Assembly (NCBI GenBank): GCA_002245135.1
Contig: NGBS01000874.1
Coordinates: 124,001-188,000, forward strand
DNA from: Proteromonas lacertae
Lineage: Eukaryota
Length of the DNA stretch: 64,000 nucleotides
Direction of reading: 5' to 3'
Each line of letters begins with the position of its first letter. The stretch's first letter is position 1. Below the pieces are notes generated by a model. It was not told where the DNA came from. It ran no database searches and worked only from the letters and a program-made list of their open reading frames with translations. Made by a program: the position numbers and the translations under genes. Positions 25,989 to 37,800 of this stretch are shown one piece after another.

Positions 25989-26621
25989 GTATATAATATA
26001 GTTATAGTATATATAGGTGATGAAATATGAGCATATTTAAATGATGAACAAATATAGTATATAATATAGTTATAGTATATATAGGTGCTGAAATATGAGT
26101 ATGTTTAAATGATGAACAAATATAGTATATAATATAGTTATAGTATATATAGGTGCTGAAATATGAGTATGTTTAAATGATGAACAAATATAGTATATAA
26201 TATAGTTATAGTATATATAGGTGATGAAATATGAGCATATTTAAATGATGAACAAATATAGTATATAATATAGTTATAGTATATATAGGTGCTGAAATAT
26301 GAGTATGTTTAAATGATGAACAAATATAGTATATAATATAGTTATAGTATATATAGGTGATGAAATATGAGCATATTTAAATGATGAACAAATATAGTAT
26401 ATAATATAGTTATAGTATATATAGGTGATGAAATATGAGTATGTTTAAATGATGAACAAATATAGTATATAATATAGTTATAGTATATATAGGTGATGAA
26501 ATATGAGCATATTTAAATGATGAACAAATATAGTATATAATATAGTTATAGTATATATAGGTGATGAAATATGAGCATATTTAAATGATGAGCAAATATA
26601 GTATATAATATTGTTATAGTA
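25989..26621. repeat. Tandem minisatellite, 68-bp unit, 9 full copies plus a partial copy
   Basis: Unit GTATATAATATAGTTATAGTATATATAGGTG(A/C)TGAAATATGAG(C/T)AT(A/G)TTTAAATGATGAACAAATATA starts at 25989 and recurs every 68 nt up to 26601. Confidence 0.97.
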
Positions 26622-27526
26622 AGTGCAATAATTTTCTAATTTTTATATTGTAATACTAATTTCTGTTTTAAAATAAGGGGAAATAAGAGAAAAGAACAAT
26701 ACTGCGCAAATAAGAGCAAAATCGTTCGAAATAATTGATCGCCAAATCAAAAACTAGTCCCACCATGCATATGTATTTTATTAGGCTAAACTTGGCTCAT
26801 TATATTACTTTCAATTATGATCTAGTTCGTGAGAAAAATAATTTCTAAGAATTCCAGGTCCCCATTTTCAATTTTTTGGCTCTTTTCACCCATTTTGAAA
26901 TGATTTTTAAAACTAATTTTACTAGCTCTTAAAAGAAAGTTATTGTTTAATATTATGAAAATAAGCAATGTTGTAACATAATTTAATCATTAGTTGCCAT
27001 AATATCGAGAAATACATCAAATTTTTGATTAATTACCTGATTAGGTAATTTTAATCTAACTACGTCAGCATAAAGTTCAATCTATGACTCATACTGTGAT
27101 GTAATTTTTTTAGTCTAATTCTTTATAGTTGTTGAGAAAAACAACTTCAAAGTCACAAAAAAAATAAAAAAATACTTAGAAAATTTCTTATAGTGTAATA
27201 CACAAATATACATCTGTGTATTAGCGTATTTATGAATATAAGAATAATAGAAGGTTGATTTTTAGTTGAAAATGACAAAAATGTATTGCGGAATATATTT
27301 AAATGCAGATAAGAAAATAATATTAACATCACATATTCTAAATTACTGAAAACCAGTTCAATAGTATTCATAAACAACAATTCATAATCATTATAACATG
27401 AATATAAATTTATTTTACTGCTACCACTTTCCTATCATTCATAAAATCAATATAAACATGTCCGAATTTAGGGACAAGGCCTTTAATTTATTCATGCCTT
27501 TTAATCATTAATTTCATTATTGAAAT

Positions 27527-28063
27527 ATGTTAGTTCCAAAGAAAGATCGTATTAACGTTTATTCCTACTTATTTAAGGGTATATTTTACTTCCTAATAAC
27601 ATTGTTTAGAGGGAGTTATTTGCACAAAGGATGATGTAAAGTCAGAAGTAAAATTAGGAAATGATGTTAATGAACATCCAATCATCTGCAAAAATTTATA
27701 CGTATTTCAATCAAAATATCAATTGTAGGTGATCAAACTTCTTCAATCCTTATGTTCAAGAGGTTACGTCAGAAAACAATACTCCTGGTATTATTTTCAT
27801 TTAATACAATATTTAGGAAGTGGTATTACTATTTCTTAACAGAAAGTGGTGTTAATTATCTCAGAGAATTTTTACATTTACCAGCTGATGTTGTTCCAGA
27901 CACACAAAAAGTCACACCAGCAGTGTATATTTATTTGTAATTATTATAATTTAATAATAGTGCTGCTCAATTAGCTCAAATGAAAGAAGGATATGAAGGT
28001 GGTGATAAATCTGGATTCAGAAGAGAAAAGGGAGGATTTGGAAGAGGTAGAAGTCAAGAATAA
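27527..28063 (+). CDS. RPS10: 40S ribosomal protein S10 (eS10), five exons
   Basis: Spliced product MLVPKKDRINVYSYLFKEGVI...NLYVIKLLQSLCSRGYVRKQYSWKWYYYFLTESGVNYLREFLHLPADVVPDT...GGFGRGR. Four canonical introns of about 27-36 nt. Confidence 0.96.
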
Positions 28064-28179
28064 ATGTTGTAGAATATAATACAAGATAAAGGCATGATTT
28101 TTATTATGTTTTGGGCTAATTGGTTTTTATATTCTACATAAAAAACAATAAATATATTTAAATGACAATTTAAAAAAAA

Positions 28180-28666
28180 TTACAGATTTCTTCTACGATC
28201 AAAATATGGAATCAGCCTATATGAACAGCCAGGACATCCTGCATACGTCAATAATACCACTATAATAGCATACAAACCTGGTATAACTGTAATAATAGAT
28301 ATTATAAAGAAGAAAACTTGAGCACTCTCTTTCACATAGAGTGAAATAACAAATATAACCTAGATAAATAATATGTTGATAAAAATAAAGGTGTATATAC
28401 AATTGAAGAGATAAATAATATACAACCAACAACAAAAGTTCTCCATGGGAAGTTTGCGGGTTTAGTAACACTTCTATTAGATTTTGCCTAGATTATTATA
28501 CAACTGAAAATACATGAACAAGCCTGGGTTGAGTAGATGACACACTAATTCTTGCTTCTTCTGTTTTAGCGAGACTAATAGCTTGAGATTCTCTTCTATT
28601 TACATGAATTACTTTTGCTTCATCACCACTATTAACAACTGGTAGAGGTACAGTTAGATCTGACAT
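28180..28666 (-). CDS. TMEM230/TMEM134-like small two-TM protein
   Basis: FPWRTF before TM1 and C-terminal IPGLYAIIVVLLTYAGCPGCSYRLIPYFD resemble the family motif IPGxY...GxxGxSYxxIP. Two short introns. Confidence 0.7.
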
Positions 28667-28738
28667 AGATTATTTTGGATTAATAAAAATATATTCGTTT
28701 TACTAAATATAAAAAACTTCTTTTAATCATTCCTCATT

Positions 28739-29500
28739 ATGCAGTATAGTGGTGGATATGTAAATGCTGCGAACATTGCTCCCGTTCAAGGTATAATCAT
28801 TAACACTAGTTATATAAATAGTTTATGGTAATGTTACATCTCTTGATAATTCTCAACCAATTACATATATAAATCCAACCGACAAATGGAGTGTTCTACC
28901 GATATATCTTCCTTTAAGTAATGAACTAGGTGTTATAGTATATTTATATCAACATCAATAGAATATAACAGCAAAAGATATGAGAAAACTATTTTATAAA
29001 CAATTAATAGATTTATCGATAATTGGATTGGTATTTTCCATAGAATGATTATTTATATATATATAGTTGTTAGTTATAGTTAGCATTAGTTTATGTGGAG
29101 CATTTTATGATCCAATTTTATTTGTAGGATATATATTCTGTATACCATATCTCTCTCTAATAATTAATTCTTGTATGTTCATTACAATAAGATGGTTAAA
29201 AATGGTATTTAGTTATTTATTTTCATTTGTTCATAGTATGAGACGATATTTCAAGTAGTTGATTTTTTGTTTTATCTAGCAATGTTTGTTGTTATAGTTA
29301 TGGAGTTATTTAATGTGATTTTAAAATATTCTACATTGCTAACTGCTTTTATTTCTGTATTTGCACTTAATAATGTAGTTGATGTATGAATATAGAATGT
29401 TTATTTACTCATATAGTTGTCCATAATGTCTATTCTTAAGAAATTGCTTGTATGTGAGATGACTAGTCCTTTTATAAACAGTAATCCTAATATTAATTAA
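28739..29500 (+). CDS. Hypothetical multi-pass membrane protein, multi-exon
   Basis: ATG 28739, five short introns, about 4 hydrophobic segments after a polar N-terminus, TAA 29498-29500. Confidence 0.6.
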
Positions 29501-29592
29501 ATGTTTTATGTATATATTAAGTTTTGATGTTTATACAGTCAATACATCTACAAATACACTTTAATACACTCTTATCTTTCTTTTTTTATTTT

Positions 29593-30222
29593 ATGAATAA
29601 TACACAGAATCAAAATGTTGCGACATCGGTTGTTATTATACAACAGAATGGGCAAAATGTTGCAATACCTATTCAGACTGTAAATCAGTCTTATCCAAAT
29701 AATAATGCTCCTGTTATAGTTCAAGGAATCCCAGTAGGACAAAGTATTGACCAGACTCAATACACAATAAATCAAGTTCAACTTCAACCGTTAGAAGTTG
29801 TTTCTCACGTTAATCCGGAATCTACTGAATCAATTATAGATAAAATAACAAACTACTGTATATACAATATAATAGGAAATGTTGTCTTAACAATACTACT
29901 CATATTTCAGTCATATTATTTCATTTCAGCAGCAGTATTTTGTGTAATGCCAATAGTTGCGATTATATTATTTAAGTCAAACAAGCAGGTGAAATATAGA
30001 ACTTCATATTTCTTATATATGTCCTACTCTATTTCAGCACTTGTTCAAATATTTTTCAGTTATAATATATTCATATACTTTATTAACAATCTTTTTAATA
30101 CATACACTTGCATTTTAATGTTTGCAGTATTTTCATTAAGTGTATTTTCTTCAGTACCACCCAAACAGATAGGAAAGTATTGCTTAAAAGTCATGCCTAA
30201 GATTAATATTATTGAAAATTGA
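29593..30222 (+). CDS. Hypothetical ~4-TM membrane protein with Q/N/P/V-rich N-terminus
   Basis: Open frame from ATG 29593, VIVQGIPV motif, four hydrophobic stretches. Confidence 0.65.
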   Translation: MNNTQNQNVATSVVIIQQNGQNVAIPIQTVNQSYPNNNAPVIVQGIPVGQSIDQTQYTINQVQLQPLEVVSHVNPESTESIIDKITNYCIYNIIGNVVLTILLIFQSYYFISAAVFCVMPIVAIILFKSNKQVKYRTSYFLYMSYSISALVQIFFSYNIFIYFINNLFNTYTCILMFAVFSLSVFSSVPPKQIGKYCLKVMPKINIIEN

Positions 30223-30310
30223 TTATTTGATATATATCTATTTATTGTTTAAATTTTTTTTGTTGGAACAATTATCATAACTATTACCGTTTCAGATTAT
30301 ATTTTTTTAA

Positions 30311-31179
30311 ATGAATTGTCCTATCGATTCTAAGCCATTTAGAGTTGATACAAACGGCGATAATAGATATTTAGATCATAATAAAGAAGAACAAATACAA
30401 GGTGTATCAATAATTCAACCTGCGGTTTTTAATGGGAAGGAGGGATATGTTGTTGTTAATTCAGAGTCTAGTGTAAATATCGTGGATGGTCAACCGATAG
30501 GGGCTCTCCCAGTTAATGTAATAGTTCAAGGTATTCCAGTTTCTGAACCTCATCATGACTTTACAGTTAAATCAATGTCAATTGATGATGATGTATCAAT
30601 ATTATATATGATTTATAATACTATGTATTATAGAGTAAGAAAAATATAGAAAAAATGAGAAAAGATTATAACAAAACACTGTATCTAGTAAATTCCGTTG
30701 TTATTGTATGGCATCTATTATTAAATATTGATGAATAGATATATTACATTGTGTGCGTAGTAATTATGGCAAGTTATATATCAATTTATGCAATGGTTTT
30801 GCTGATTTTGATTTTACCTTCAGTTTCATATATGATTCATTCAAAGATTCATTCATTCCTTTCAGTAAGAATATTAAAAGTGTATTTATACGTTACATTA
30901 TTTTTTGGCACATTTTCTATATCTTTTTTTTCCTTTTTTTTCACTATCAATTTATGTATTCTTTAATTTCAAATTTAAAACATTTGTTTGGCTATTGTTT
31001 CATTGATGTTCTTCTTAGTAAAAGATATGGATGTATCGTCATTCGTAATTCAGTTTATTTTTTCTATTATTTCAATACTTATTATTGGATGGTTAGGTAA
31101 AAAGTATAGTCAGTATATAAAATTCGAAAAATCTCATATGCTGCAATTCAGTAGATCAAGATCAAATATTTCACAGTAA
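30311..31179 (+). CDS. Hypothetical ~4-TM membrane protein, probable paralogue of the upstream gene
   Basis: Shares VIVQGIPV and the same polar-N/hydrophobic-C layout. ORF pieces 30311-30649, 30751-30966 and 30988-31179 are separated by probable short introns; exact junctions not fully resolved. Confidence 0.6.
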
Positions 31180-31349
31180 TAATGAATGTGAACATTACAT
31201 TTGTCTTTTAAGTAACTGAATTTAATAATTATTTATGAATTAGTTTTTTATTGGATTATTCTTTTATTCCAGACAAACATTTATATAATAATAATAAAAA
31301 AAAAGAATAAAAAATATAAATAAATGTATCTACTGCTTAATGATTTTAT

Positions 31350-31752
31350 CTAATGAGTTGAACGAGGAGATCTAGAACGAGGTCTTGGTGAAAATTGTCC
31401 AGTCAATTCACGACTCATTCTAGTTGAAGTACCAAAACCATAAGATGGTGTGGTTGGTCTTTGTGATTCACTTTGATGGCCAATTCCTGGCTTAGCAATG
31501 AAATCACACTTCTTAGTTAATGTGTTTAATGGCATATCTTTCTTATCTTTACCAATAGTGAAAGCTGGCTATAAATTAAGAAATAAATAAATATAAAAAT
31601 ACTTCATTCTTTCTTGGACTAGAACTTCTTCTTTCTCCAATTTCTGAATGTAAATCATAAGCACCTGGACCTGGGACTGGCTTATGTCTCACAAGATATG
31701 GAACTCTTGGTTGTACTGGTTGTAAATCACCTACAAATTCTCTATTTGCCAT
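31350..31752 (-). CDS. Small SHIPPO/STPG-repeat (ODF3-like) axoneme-associated protein
   Basis: Two exons. PVPGPGAYD, PAFTIG, IGHQSES.R.TTPSYGFGTSTR are SHIPPO-repeat hallmarks. Confidence 0.7.
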
Positions 31753-31938
31753 CTTAATAATGAAATCTATATTTTAATATTAAAAATGAGTGAAATACTC
31801 TCAAAAATTGATTTTAGAATAAAAGAAAAAACTGTTTTTTTAATTTTAAACTGTCATGAAACGGATATATAATAAAACAGTTTGAAACGAATAGATTTTT
31901 TGAAAAAATAAAAAAGAAAAGAAAAGTATATAATATTA

Positions 31939-33349
31939 TTAATGCTCATTGTCCAACAATGTTTTCTTTGACTTCTTTTTATTCTTTCTCTCTTTCTTAC
32001 ATTTTCTTATCATATACATTATTGACACAATTACATACAACAATGTACCTCCACAAATAACTCCAATAACAACATATTCTGTCTTTGTCACTGTATAACC
32101 TCTAGTATATCCTATAATCTCAAATTCAGTGCTATTAGTCAACAAACATCCCAAAAATTTATACGATTTATCATCATAACTTTGTTTTATCTCATTACCA
32201 TCACATTTTACACCCATTGGTTCGGTTTTATTAAATATATCAGCAGTAATCGTAGAAGTATTGAAAAAATTACAATATAATTTATAAGATGAAGATTCAT
32301 TCACACAAGTTTTCCAATCATATTTAACATTTCCTTCAGCATTCCAAACACTTCCACTTAATTTCATTTTTATTCCATTCATCACTAACTTTGGTTTTTG
32401 AGGAGGTGGAGGAGTTGGTGGAGTAGTAGGAGTAGTTGGTGGTGGTTCAGTAGTAGGAGATGGACCTGAAGTTGTAGGAGAATTTGTTGTTGGTGGATTA
32501 GTTGTTGGTTTATCACTTTTTTGAATATATGCAAATCCAATTTTATTTTTTGTATTATCATTATATACTACACATCCAAAATAAGTATAATATGTTGAGT
32601 TAGTTGATTCTGATATTGAATTTCCATAACAGTTTATGTATTTACCATTATTAGTTCCAATTGAATCTTTGGTTGGTGTATAAGATGAAAATTCGCATTG
32701 ATACCTATAATCATTATGAACACTATTACAATCATCCCAATTTATATATTTCATTGTTCCTGATACAGATAATTGACTTTCCTCGGAGAATGTTAAATCA
32801 GTCATATCTAATTCTATTTCCTTAGGTTCTGGACCTTCCGTTGTAGGTGGATTAGTTGGTGGATTAGTTGTTGGAATATCTCCACCTCCTTGTTTTGAGT
32901 ATTTGAAACCAACTATATTCTTGTCAGCTGATTCAAACACTATACATGCAAAATATATATTTGATTTACTGGACGTTGTTCTACCTATATCATTACCATC
33001 ACAGGTAATATCTTCTCCTGATAGAGTAAATTTATCTTGTGTTGGTTCGTCAGCAAAAAATTCACATTGATATTTATAATCACTCTTCTCATCTTCACAC
33101 GAACTCCAATCAGGATATTCTATATTTCCTTTCAATTGCCAACCTGATTGATAATAATCTTCCCATTTCAACATTACTCATATCAATTTCCACTGAAGAA
33201 GCTTTGATAGAGTTAGATTTTACCTTTTTCAGATTTATATTTGATAGTTCTGTTTGTATTTTATAAACTTTACTGCCCTTAAGGTTTAATGCAGCTACGC
33301 ATGAAATAATGCTAACTATTAAAGTAAATATAATTATAAAATGTTTCAT
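31939..33349 (-). CDS. Type I membrane protein with three ~95-aa four-Cys repeats and Pro/Thr-rich linkers
   Basis: Signal peptide MKHFIIIFTLIVSIISCVAA (ORF 33110-33349) joins ORF 31939-33174 through one +1 frameshift at ~33167. TM YVVIGVICGGTLLYVIVSIMYMI, basic stop-transfer, tail ending TLLDNEH. Confidence 0.75.
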
Positions 33350-33543
33350 AATATAATGGATGACGAGAAAAATGAAATTAAAAAAAAACTCAAGCCAAGA
33401 TTTGTGTTTATATTTTAAAATTTTATGATTTTCTTCTTATAGAAGTAATTAATTGCCTAAATATAATCAGAATTGTATTTATTGCACTTTATTTCAGCTT
33501 TATAGATTATAAAATTTCAAATACATTTTTTTGATTGTATTTA

Positions 33544-34520
33544 ATGATTCCTTCACGATCTCTTGAACAAATTACTAAAACAGTATAATGAAACGATTGT
33601 GAAACCATTTAGATTGGTAGAAATGGATATAAATGTTTAAGTGAATTGAATATCAAAGAATATTACAATGATAGAGATTATATTGTTATTAATAAAGTAT
33701 ACTAGTTGATTATTTGCTATTTAAAGCCATATGATTTGAGATTAGAAGGTGATTTTCCAGTAACTTTAGAAAAGTATTTAAAAACGAAATATCCAGAAGA
33801 TACATATTCATGGATTCATAGATTAGATTATGGTATAATTATATTTAATATTTATTTCAAATATATAGCAACATCTGGACTTTTATGCATTGCAAAGAAT
33901 CACAAGTATATACATTTTTATCTATTCTTATTATTATTAGTTCTGCTTCTACTGGTTGCAAATTATTCCGTGAACGTCGTGTTATTAAGAAATATGAAGC
34001 ACTTATATTAGGTCATGTCACAAGTGAGTCTTTAATGGCATTAGATTTGAAGAAAATAGCTTGGGATTATACAATTAATAATTTGATTGATAAAAGTGAA
34101 TATAATCCTGAAAAAATAAATGTATCATTGAATTATGATAAAATGAACAATAAATTCCAAATTTCTTGTAGTTTAACTCAAATGAAAGATGATTTTAGAG
34201 TATTTGTTGGAACTAGTGATTATAAAGGTAAATCAGCTGTAACTGATTTTATTTTAGGTGAACATTCAGAATATTTAGGTTATCCAACAACACATGTAAC
34301 TCTATTTCTTCATACAGGCAGAAGACATCAGTTAAGATTGCATATGTGCTGTTTAGGATCACCAATAATTGGCGATGGAACATACGGAATTGAAAAAAAC
34401 ACTACAACAGCAATATTTCCTAGAATGATGTTACATTCATCTTATTTGAAGTTACTGTTTAAAGAATCTGAAAGAACTGGAGGTGAAATGGAATTTTCAA
34501 GTGATCCTTTGTTTATATAG
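33544..34520 (+). CDS. RluA-family RNA pseudouridine synthase (RPUSD1-like), multi-exon
   Basis: INKPYD, catalytic HRLDY|ATSGLL, KKYEAL, TGRRHQLRLH, GSPIIGDGTYG and RMMLHS motifs. Four short introns. Confidence 0.92.
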
Positions 34521-34816
34521 AAGAGGAGTATAACTAATCATTCATTTAGATTAAATTCTAGATTTTAAGATATTAAGGATGTATATAAAATGTTTATTGG
34601 AGTATAAATGCAACTTTTATGCTATATTTCTTTCTGGTTAACAAGAAAAATGACAAAAATAAAAAGGGGCATATTTAAATAGGAATTATACTCATATAAA
34701 GCCTCATTTTGAGAAAAACAGTTTTTAAAAACCATCGTTTTAAAGTATATAATATCTTCTAAATCCTGTTTATTTATATTAAATTAGGTTTTATTACTGA
34801 TTATTGACGAGTTTTT

Positions 34817-37800
34817 ATGGCAGAGAAAACTGAAAGGGTATATTTTCTAGATTTATTTGAATTATAGCCAGATGATGTGAGATTTAACTGGATTGGTGAC
34901 ACTATCCGTGCATCATTTCCACAAATTGCAGAGAATAAATTCCCCAAAATGTTTATTACTGGCATTAATGTGTATGATATTTTTGTTTTTCATTTATAAC
35001 TGTATATATAGTCAAACAATCATGGCATTTTTGAACACCCCAGATCAATTCTCACTTTGCGTATGTGGTGATTTGACATTTACAATTAGTAAGTTAATCC
35101 CAAAGAAAATATCTCCAAGATTACATTATATCATATTCTTAAAACACAGAAACGGTAAAATTACCCCAGAAGCTTACAAACAAGAAATTAGTGTTTTAGA
35201 AATGCAAGGTGATAGTTTAGAATTTATAGGCACTTGCTTAAGAGAAATTTACATTCCACTATTACAAAACATCAAGAATCACGAAGGATGGGGAGAAGTA
35301 GCTGTTAAAGAAATCATTGAGAAATTACACTCCTTCTTATCAAGTGTCAGTATAATGGGTGGTGAAAAAGAAGGTCATCCATGTTTACCATTACCACCTT
35401 CCAATATCTTAGATTCATCAAACCCAGCAAGCAATAAAGATATTATTCATTTATTAGAAAGTTCAATTGTTATTTGGAGCAAACAGATAAAGACAATATT
35501 ATCACAAGATCCAGAAAGTCAAATGAAAAAAGGTCAACATCCAACACCAGAGGTAGAATTAGAGTTTTGGAGAAATAAGAATAACAATTTAAATACAATC
35601 TACAAACAATTAGAAAGTGATAATATTAAGAAAGTATTGATCATTTTAGATCAAGCTAAAAGTACTTATTGTACACCATTTATGAAGTTAATAAAAGAAG
35701 TTGCAGCAGCAAGAGAAGAAACTAATGATAATGTGAAATTCTTAAGACCATTAGAGCCTTGGTTAACAAAGTTAGCAAAACCAGCAGATTTCCCAGAGTT
35801 AGCCAGTTATTTCAGACCAACAATGTGCACAATCTTAAAGATATGGCAAAGATCACAATATTACAATACTCCATCCAGATTAATAGTATTAATGAGAGAA
35901 ATCTGTAATGGTTTGATTGAACAAGCCAGAGTTTATATTAGTGGTGCTGATATATTCAAGTTTATTGAAGATGAAGAAGCTGGTACTGCTATAATGAAGT
36001 TAAAGAATATTATTAAATTATGTGCAACTTTTGAACAAGTATTCCATGATTATAAAGCTTCAGCATTATCAGAATGTCCAGATAATCCTTGGAATATATC
36101 CAATAATGCAATATTCTTAAGATTAGATAGTTTCTTAGAAAGATGTAATGATATCTTAGATTTAACACAAACCATATTATTATTCTCTAAATTATCAAGA
36201 ATAGAAATAGGTGGAACTAAAGGCAAAACACTTACAACATCCATCTTACAAATCCATTCAGATTTTGAAGCTGCAGTTGAAACTATCAAAGGAGTTCCAT
36301 ATGATATAATGGATGTAGGTGTTAAACAATTCGACGATGATTTCTACGAGTTCCAATGTCATATTAAAGAGTTAGAAAGAAGATTAGCAAGTGTATTAAC
36401 TCAAGGATTTGATGATTGTCCTACATTGAGTGGAAGATTCAAATTATTCGATTCATTTGAAGGTATTATTGAAAGACCAATTGTGATGGATGAATTAGAG
36501 AAGAAGTATTTAGATTTAATCCAATCATTCCATAAAGATGTAAAGACTGTTCAAGAGTTATTCTTAACTGAAAGAGATGATCCTCCAATTTCAAACAACT
36601 TACCACCTGTTGCTGGTGCTATCTCATGGTGTGAAGCATTATTAGAGAGAATCCAAGGACCAATGGATTCATTACAAACATTAAACAGAGGTATCTTAGA
36701 AAGAGAAGAAGTGAAAGAAGTTACAAAGATATATGAAGTGGTTGTTGATAGTTTGAAAGAGTATAGAAAAGACAAGCTTTTAGCTTGGTGTGCTGATGTA
36801 GATCAAACTAGTCAATCTAAGTTGAAATTACCATTATTAAAAAGATCTGAAGATAAAACATTACAAGTCAACTTTGATCCTGAATTAGTAAGATTATTAA
36901 GAGAAGTGAAATATTTCTTATTATTGAAAGAAGATGTTCCAAAAGAAGCATTATCAGTCTATAGAAAGAATGAAACATTTAGAATTCAAAGATCTAATTT
37001 AGATATTATTGTTGATATGTATAATAGAATAGTCAAAGAATTAATACCAGTGGAAGAACCATTGATTCATTCACATATGGAAAAAGTAGAATCAACCATC
37101 AAGAAAGGTATTGACAGTATGAGTTGGCAATCAAGTGGTATTGATTCATTTATTAGTGAATGTAAGAGTGTAGTAGGTAAAGCATATGAAGTATTATTTA
37201 CATTAAAAGGTAACTTGGATAAGATCCAGAAGTTATTAAAGGAATGGGCTGAAAAACCAATGATTGAAAGACATAGTAAACCAGTTACACCTGAAGATTT
37301 TGATGAAAGTTATACCATATTAATAAACAAGAAATATGAAATTATCAAGAAGAATGGTGTTGATATTCATAACTTATTAAAAGATAGTAGTAAAACTGTT
37401 CAAGGTAAATGTGAACCAGAAGATTGGAAGAATTATGTAGAATATTGTAATACAATAGTAACTGATGGATTAGTGAATGTAACTATGGTTTCATTACAAT
37501 TCATCTATGACCAATTAGATTTAGAAAATATACAAAAGATGGATAAATTACCAATGTTAGGAGATTGAACTGGATTTAAGAGCACCAGATGCAGTTTATA
37601 TTCCATCTACTGAAGAAGGTAAAGGACCAAGTGTTAAAGATATTGTCAATAAATGGATTGAAGATATGATTAACATTGGTACATTATTCAAACAATTAGA
37701 ATCAACAGGAGATTATGCAGATTCAATTAGAAACAATGAAACAGTAAAGAATATGTTGGAGAAGATTATTACAACAATTGATAGTACAAATCAGAAATGT

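Noticed and set aside
25989..26621. CRISPR array
   Set aside because: Units are contiguous near-identical 68-mers with no unique spacers, there are no cas genes, and the context is eukaryotic.
26700..26760. tRNA gene suggested by GTTCGAA
   Set aside because: No acceptor, D or anticodon stems could be folded around it.
27153..27380. 75-aa minus-strand ORF as a gene
   Set aside because: Non-ATG start, F/I/L-rich composition typical of random AT-rich DNA, and no motif.
27465..27482. Telo-box or telomeric seed (TTTAGGG) upstream of RPS10
   Set aside because: A single 7-mer is expected by chance, and there is no tandem telomeric repeat.
29283..29290. TGTTTGTT inside a CDS creating a stop codon by polyadenylation
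   Set aside because: Cleavage about 5 nt upstream would not produce an in-frame TAA, and the frame continues to an encoded stop at 29500.
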